Virus record (IMG/VR): IMGVR_UViG_3300031224_000010
Direction: 5' to 3' (one strand)
Length of the DNA: 20,000 bases
Origin: an uncultured virus (IMG/VR IMGVR_UViG_3300031224_000010)
Taxonomy: Duplodnaviria; Heunggongvirae; Uroviricota; Caudoviricetes
Position numbers and translations under genes: made by a program. This document shows, piece after piece, positions 16,345-20,000 of this stretch. The notes below the pieces were generated by a model, which was not told the origin of the DNA, did no database searches, and saw nothing but the letters and a program-made list of their open reading frames with translations. Positions within the stretch are counted from its first letter, which is position 1, and the number at the start of each line of letters is the position of its first letter.

Positions 16345-16896
16345 ATGGCTATGACGAAGTGCAAAGAGTGCAAGGCAGAGGTATCCACCAAGGCAAAAAA
16401 ATGCCCGAACTGCGGCGTATCAAGCCCCGGTGTTAGTGGCAAGGACATGCTGGCAGGACTGGGCGGAATTGTTGTTCTGGTGTTGATTACGATTGTGGCG
16501 TGTTCACCAGACGATAAGCCGACCGAGAAACCTGCGACTAAAAACCCGAAGTTAAGCGAAGAAGACCAGGCCGCTGCTAAAAAGGCGGAAATGGAAGCCT
16601 GCCGGCAGGATCTACAGTGTTGGGGTGAGGAGCACTGGGCAGCTGCTACTAACCGATGCGAGCGGGAAATCGAGCGCCAGGCGCAATATGAAGTTAAGTG
16701 GACTGACTCCTACCCGGACACCAAGCTGACCCGCCGTGGGTGGTTGGACAAGGAGGCTGGCACTTTGACCTTCTACGGTGACCGGGTTCAGTTCTCTAAC
16801 CGCTATGGCGCCTTTCAGAACTATACCTACCGCTGCGACTACGACCCGGCCGCCAAAAGAGTGATCAACCTGCAGATGGAGCCCGGCAGGATCTAG
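16345..16896 (+). CDS. Zinc-ribbon + membrane anchor + periplasmic domain protein (lysogenic accessory gene)
   Basis: CKEC...CPNC, hydrophobic LAGLGGIVVLVLITIVAC, Cys-containing distal domain; GGAG RBS; co-oriented with cI. Confidence 0.75.
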   Translation: MAMTKCKECKAEVSTKAKKCPNCGVSSPGVSGKDMLAGLGGIVVLVLITIVACSPDDKPTEKPATKNPKLSEEDQAAAKKAEMEACRQDLQCWGEEHWAAATNRCEREIERQAQYEVKWTDSYPDTKLTRRGWLDKEAGTLTFYGDRVQFSNRYGAFQNYTYRCDYDPAAKRVINLQMEPGRI

Positions 16897-16898
16897 CC

Positions 16899-17504
16899 CT
16901 ATCTTCGAGCGGCTCGCTTGAAAGGGTTGATGATGAACGTCATCCCCACGGGCCGCTCCCGCTCCGGATCGTCTGGCAACAGCTTAAAACCTATCCTGCA
17001 CTCAAAGTCAAACCAGGGGCAGTACGGCATCATGGCATAGAAGCCGGTGAACAAGCGCCAGCCATCCTTTGCCCAGACGACCTGGCGACCGTACTTTCCG
17101 TTGTCGACAACCAGTCTTCCTTCGTGCCTCACGTAATCGCAAGCGCCCTGCACGCAACTGAACAGTGCCATCCTGCTCAGGCCGTTGGCCGGGTTGCGGA
17201 TCGCCAGCCAGTACCACTGGCTCCAGAAGCCGGTGGGGTTTTTGTAGAAGAACGGGTTGTAGGCTTTGCTGGTGCCGTAGGCGCGGTTGCCCAGGGTGCC
17301 GTAGTCCGGGTTATCCCAGGGCGCGAAAAGCCGGGGCAGGCGCATCATTTCCCAGCCGGGGAACTCCGGGTTGCCGTGGTGACCCTTAGGCCTTGCGAAC
17401 GGTAGGGCGACCAGCACCACTGCCGGGCCAATTATGGCCACCAGCACGCGGAGGATGGCCAGGGGCAGGTCGATCAGTAACAGCCAGAACCAGACGTAAA
17501 ACAT
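16899..17504 (-). CDS. Aromatic-rich phage membrane-anchored hypothetical protein at the end of the tail operon
   Basis: N-terminal hydrophobic segment; WDNPD and WYWLAIRNPANG motifs; GGAG RBS directly after D. Confidence 0.75.
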   Translation of the reverse strand: MFYVWFWLLLIDLPLAILRVLVAIIGPAVVLVALPFARPKGHHGNPEFPGWEMMRLPRLFAPWDNPDYGTLGNRAYGTSKAYNPFFYKNPTGFWSQWYWLAIRNPANGLSRMALFSCVQGACDYVRHEGRLVVDNGKYGRQVVWAKDGWRLFTGFYAMMPYCPWFDFECRIGFKLLPDDPERERPVGMTFIINPFKRAARR

Positions 17505-17513
17505 GGGGTACTC

Positions 17514-18500
17514 CTATTGGGTTAGGGTTTCTGCGTTGATGGAAGTGATAAGGCCGCTGTCGCTGAGGCTATGGCTGGCGCGGGTTATAACCCATTGACG
17601 CCCGTTGATCTGGGGCTTCAGGCCGTTCACGCTCATGCGCCATTCCGGGCCCACGTCGGGGCGGCCAACGGCCAGGGTTAGGCTGAATTCGGCTTCACCC
17701 CGCGCCAGCCGCTGCAGTTCCGCGTTGGCGGCGGCCAGGGCTTCGTCTTCGTTGGGGTAGGTGCTGCGTAGGCGCTTTACGCGCTCGTCGGTACCGGCCA
17801 TGGCCTGCACCTGCCGACCTTCTTCCAGGTTGTCCCAGAAGGCCACCACGCCGGTGTAATTGTCGCGGTCTATCTCCCGGTAGCTGTACTGATCACCTGA
17901 TTGTGGGGTTACCGATATCTTGGGCAGGGCATTGCCACTGGCTGTGCGGGCCTCTCCCCTGGGGCTGAACAGCAGCCGCCCGGCCTTTACGGCACTGATG
18001 GCGTCGTGCCTCTCTGCCAGGCGGCTTAACAGGTTGAGGTCGGATTCGTCGGTCTGGTCCAGGTGCTCGATGCTGATGGCGCTCAGGCGCTGTGAAATTA
18101 CTGGCTCCAGGCTGCTGCTGGCAGCGATCTCGCTGACGATATCCCCCAGAGAAAGATCGTGCCACGAGCGGGTTTTACGGGTTGGCAGATCGTTGCGCAT
18201 ATCGGCGCTGCGGGCGGTAATGCTTATCTGGTTTGGCGGGCCTGTGAAGCTGGCCTCGTCCACGATGAACACGCCTTTTTCGGTCAGCGTCTGGCCCTTC
18301 CAGCCCATGGCCATTTCTATTTCCGCGCCCTTCGGCGGGATATCCACCAGGTGGTCGTGGTCGCTGATGGCTATCGTCAGGGTGTCCGCCTCGTCTCCTG
18401 GCGTTTCATCCAGCGTCATGTCGATCAGGCGGCCGTTCACGGTGGGGGTTATGTTGGTGCCGTTCACCACCAGGCGGTAAGAGGGGGCTCGGTGCTGCAT
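17514..18500 (-). CDS. D: Late control D / baseplate hub protein
   Basis: RLIDMTLDETPGDEADTLTI...KGVFIVDE...HLDQTDESDLNLLSRLAERHDA...VKAGRLLF. Confidence 0.95.
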   Translation of the reverse strand: MQHRAPSYRLVVNGTNITPTVNGRLIDMTLDETPGDEADTLTIAISDHDHLVDIPPKGAEIEMAMGWKGQTLTEKGVFIVDEASFTGPPNQISITARSADMRNDLPTRKTRSWHDLSLGDIVSEIAASSSLEPVISQRLSAISIEHLDQTDESDLNLLSRLAERHDAISAVKAGRLLFSPRGEARTASGNALPKISVTPQSGDQYSYREIDRDNYTGVVAFWDNLEEGRQVQAMAGTDERVKRLRSTYPNEDEALAAANAELQRLARGEAEFSLTLAVGRPDVGPEWRMSVNGLKPQINGRQWVITRASHSLSDSGLITSINAETLTQ

Positions 18501-18979
18501 CAGCCGATCATCCCGCCGCCGCTGCGGCGCGGTGCGTACAGGCCAAGGCCGATGCCGGCATCGCGGCTGGTACCGGCTTGATCCCGGAAGGCCTGGAAGT
18601 TGTCTTCGTCTACCCGTACCAGGTCTATGCTGAAGTCAATCTTGCGGGGTACGCCGTCGGCAAAGAACACGGAGCTGGTTTCGCTCACACCGGTGATGGC
18701 CCAGAAGCCGTACACCCGGCCAGAGCCTTCAATCAGCGGCCATGCTTTGCCTTCATCCGCCATAATGCGGACGTCGTCCAGCGTAACTCGGCCGCCGGTG
18801 AGCTCCGGGTACAGTGTGCCCGACAGGCTGATGGTGTCTTCCCCCGGCCCCAGGTACTGGTAACCCGGCCGCTGGCCTACGCGGGACTGGCTGGCGTGTC
18901 GCCACTGGCTGGCGCGCTGCAGCTGCTGGTAAGGCAGGGATTTTACCTCGAACACGAACATGCCCAGGGTCATCATCAT
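18500..18979 (-). CDS. U: Tail protein gpU
   Basis: MMMTLGMFVF...LPYQQLQR...QYLGPGEDTISLSGTLYPELTGG...PRKIDFSIDL. Confidence 0.95.
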   Translation of the reverse strand: MMMTLGMFVFEVKSLPYQQLQRASQWRHASQSRVGQRPGYQYLGPGEDTISLSGTLYPELTGGRVTLDDVRIMADEGKAWPLIEGSGRVYGFWAITGVSETSSVFFADGVPRKIDFSIDLVRVDEDNFQAFRDQAGTSRDAGIGLGLYAPRRSGGGMIG

Positions 18980-18995
18980 GGCTTAGCTCTCTCAG

Positions 18996-20000
18996 TTAGT
19001 CCCGGTCATACAGGGCGCTGCGGGCGCGGGTGGCTTTGGCTCTGTCACGCTCTGCCAGGATGCGTTGAACCTCTGCGGCGATCTCCTGAGCGCTCTGGCC
19101 CTGGGCAGCATTAACGTTGATGGTGATGCTGTCGCCCGCTGGCTGCTGCTGCGTGGCGGCCGCTCCGGTTACCGGTGGGCGGTTGTCGAACTGGACATCA
19201 CCGGCCGCGGCCGGCAGGGCGCTTGCCCCGATGGCAATGCCCGCACCCGCCTGGCGCACGCGCTTGCCGAAACTGTCCACTTGCTTCAGGGCCTTGGGTT
19301 CCTGTTTTTGCAGGCCCTGGCGGTAGCCCTCCAGGGTATCCCGCCCGGCACCCATGAACACACGTGATGGTGACTTGATGCCCAGCACGCCCTTGAACCA
19401 GCCGATGGCTTTCTGGCCGGCGCCGGTGATGGTTTCTTTTACCTTGTTCAGGCCGCCCATGATGCCGCCCACCAGTCCGTCCAGAATCTGCTTTCCGAAG
19501 CCGGTGAAGCTCTCGGGCAGGTCTACACCGAACCAGCCCAGTACGCCTTTGAACGCTTTGTAGAAAAGCCCCAGCGGCGACCAGTTGAGGATCAGCTTGC
19601 CGACACCGGCTATGCCGTCGCTAAACGCGCCTTTAATGTTTCCCCAGAGTCCGGACAGGACGCCAGCCACAGCGCTGGCCGCGTTGCGGATTCCCGACAC
19701 CAGGCCAGCGATCATCTTGCCGCCGGCGCCGGTAAGGTTGGCTGGCATGTCTACGCCCAGCCAGCTCATAAGGGCGGAGAAGCCTTTGTAGAGCAGGCCT
19801 ATCGGCGACCAGTTCACCAGGAGCTTGGCAATGCCGCCCAGGCCATCACCGAACGCGCCTTTAATGTTTCCCAAGAGTCCGGACAGGACGCCAGCCACAG
19901 CGCTGGCCGCGTTGCGGATTCCCGACACCAGGCCAGCGATCATCTTGCCGCCGGCGCCGGTGATGGTTTCTTTTACCTTGTTCAGGCCGCCCATGATGCC
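18996..20000 (-). CDS. T: Tail tape measure protein, C-terminal part (5' end outside the window)
   Basis: Gly/Ala-rich amphipathic repeats, NWSPLGLFY, LGIKSPSRVF, DSITINVN; directly upstream of U. Confidence 0.93.
   Translation of the reverse strand, partial: GIMGGLNKVKETITGAGGKMIAGLVSGIRNAASAVAGVLSGLLGNIKGAFGDGLGGIAKLLVNWSPIGLLYKGFSALMSWLGVDMPANLTGAGGKMIAGLVSGIRNAASAVAGVLSGLWGNIKGAFSDGIAGVGKLILNWSPLGLFYKAFKGVLGWFGVDLPESFTGFGKQILDGLVGGIMGGLNKVKETITGAGQKAIGWFKGVLGIKSPSRVFMGAGRDTLEGYRQGLQKQEPKALKQVDSFGKRVRQAGAGIAIGASALPAAAGDVQFDNRPPVTGAAATQQQPAGDSITINVNAAQGQSAQEIAAEVQRILAERDRAKATRARSALYDRD
19416..20000. repeat. Perfect direct repeat of at least 51 bp in the tape measure gene
   Basis: 19416-19466 identical to 19950-20000, offset 534 nt; cut by the window edge. 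Confidence 0.9.
19624..19961. repeat. 110-bp direct repeat in the tape measure gene
   Basis: 19624-19733 vs 19852-19961, one mismatch, offset 228 nt. Confidence 0.9.

Larger units (their letters stand above)
1..20000. mobile_element. P2-like temperate bacteriophage/prophage segment (head, lysis, early, immunity and tail modules); no host DNA recognised
   Basis: Canonical P2 synteny: Q-P divergent from O-N-M-L-X-lysis, and T-U-D, with early and immunity genes between them. Confidence 0.97.

Overview
The whole window is part of one P2-like (phiCTX/phiRSA1-type layout) temperate myophage genome, GC-rich and probably from a gammaproteobacterial host (inference). It is read contiguously across the candidate cos site. 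From left to right: endolysin (partial), a holin-position membrane protein, X, L, M, N and O on the minus strand; divergent P and Q; a terminator and candidate cos; a ~285-bp two-fold symmetric iteron element (putative origin); an attP-like segment with only a 5' stub of an integrase; xis; early genes including a DksA/TraR finger, a KilAC antirepressor, a 902-aa primase-helicase and a double-finger Ogr/Delta activator; a cro-like/cI switch; two accessory membrane proteins; then D, U and the tape measure (partial). The main points of interest are the integrase stub beside an intact xis and cI, the mirror-symmetric origin-like element whose motif recurs in the cI/cro operator, a structured M-L leader, and several internal duplications.
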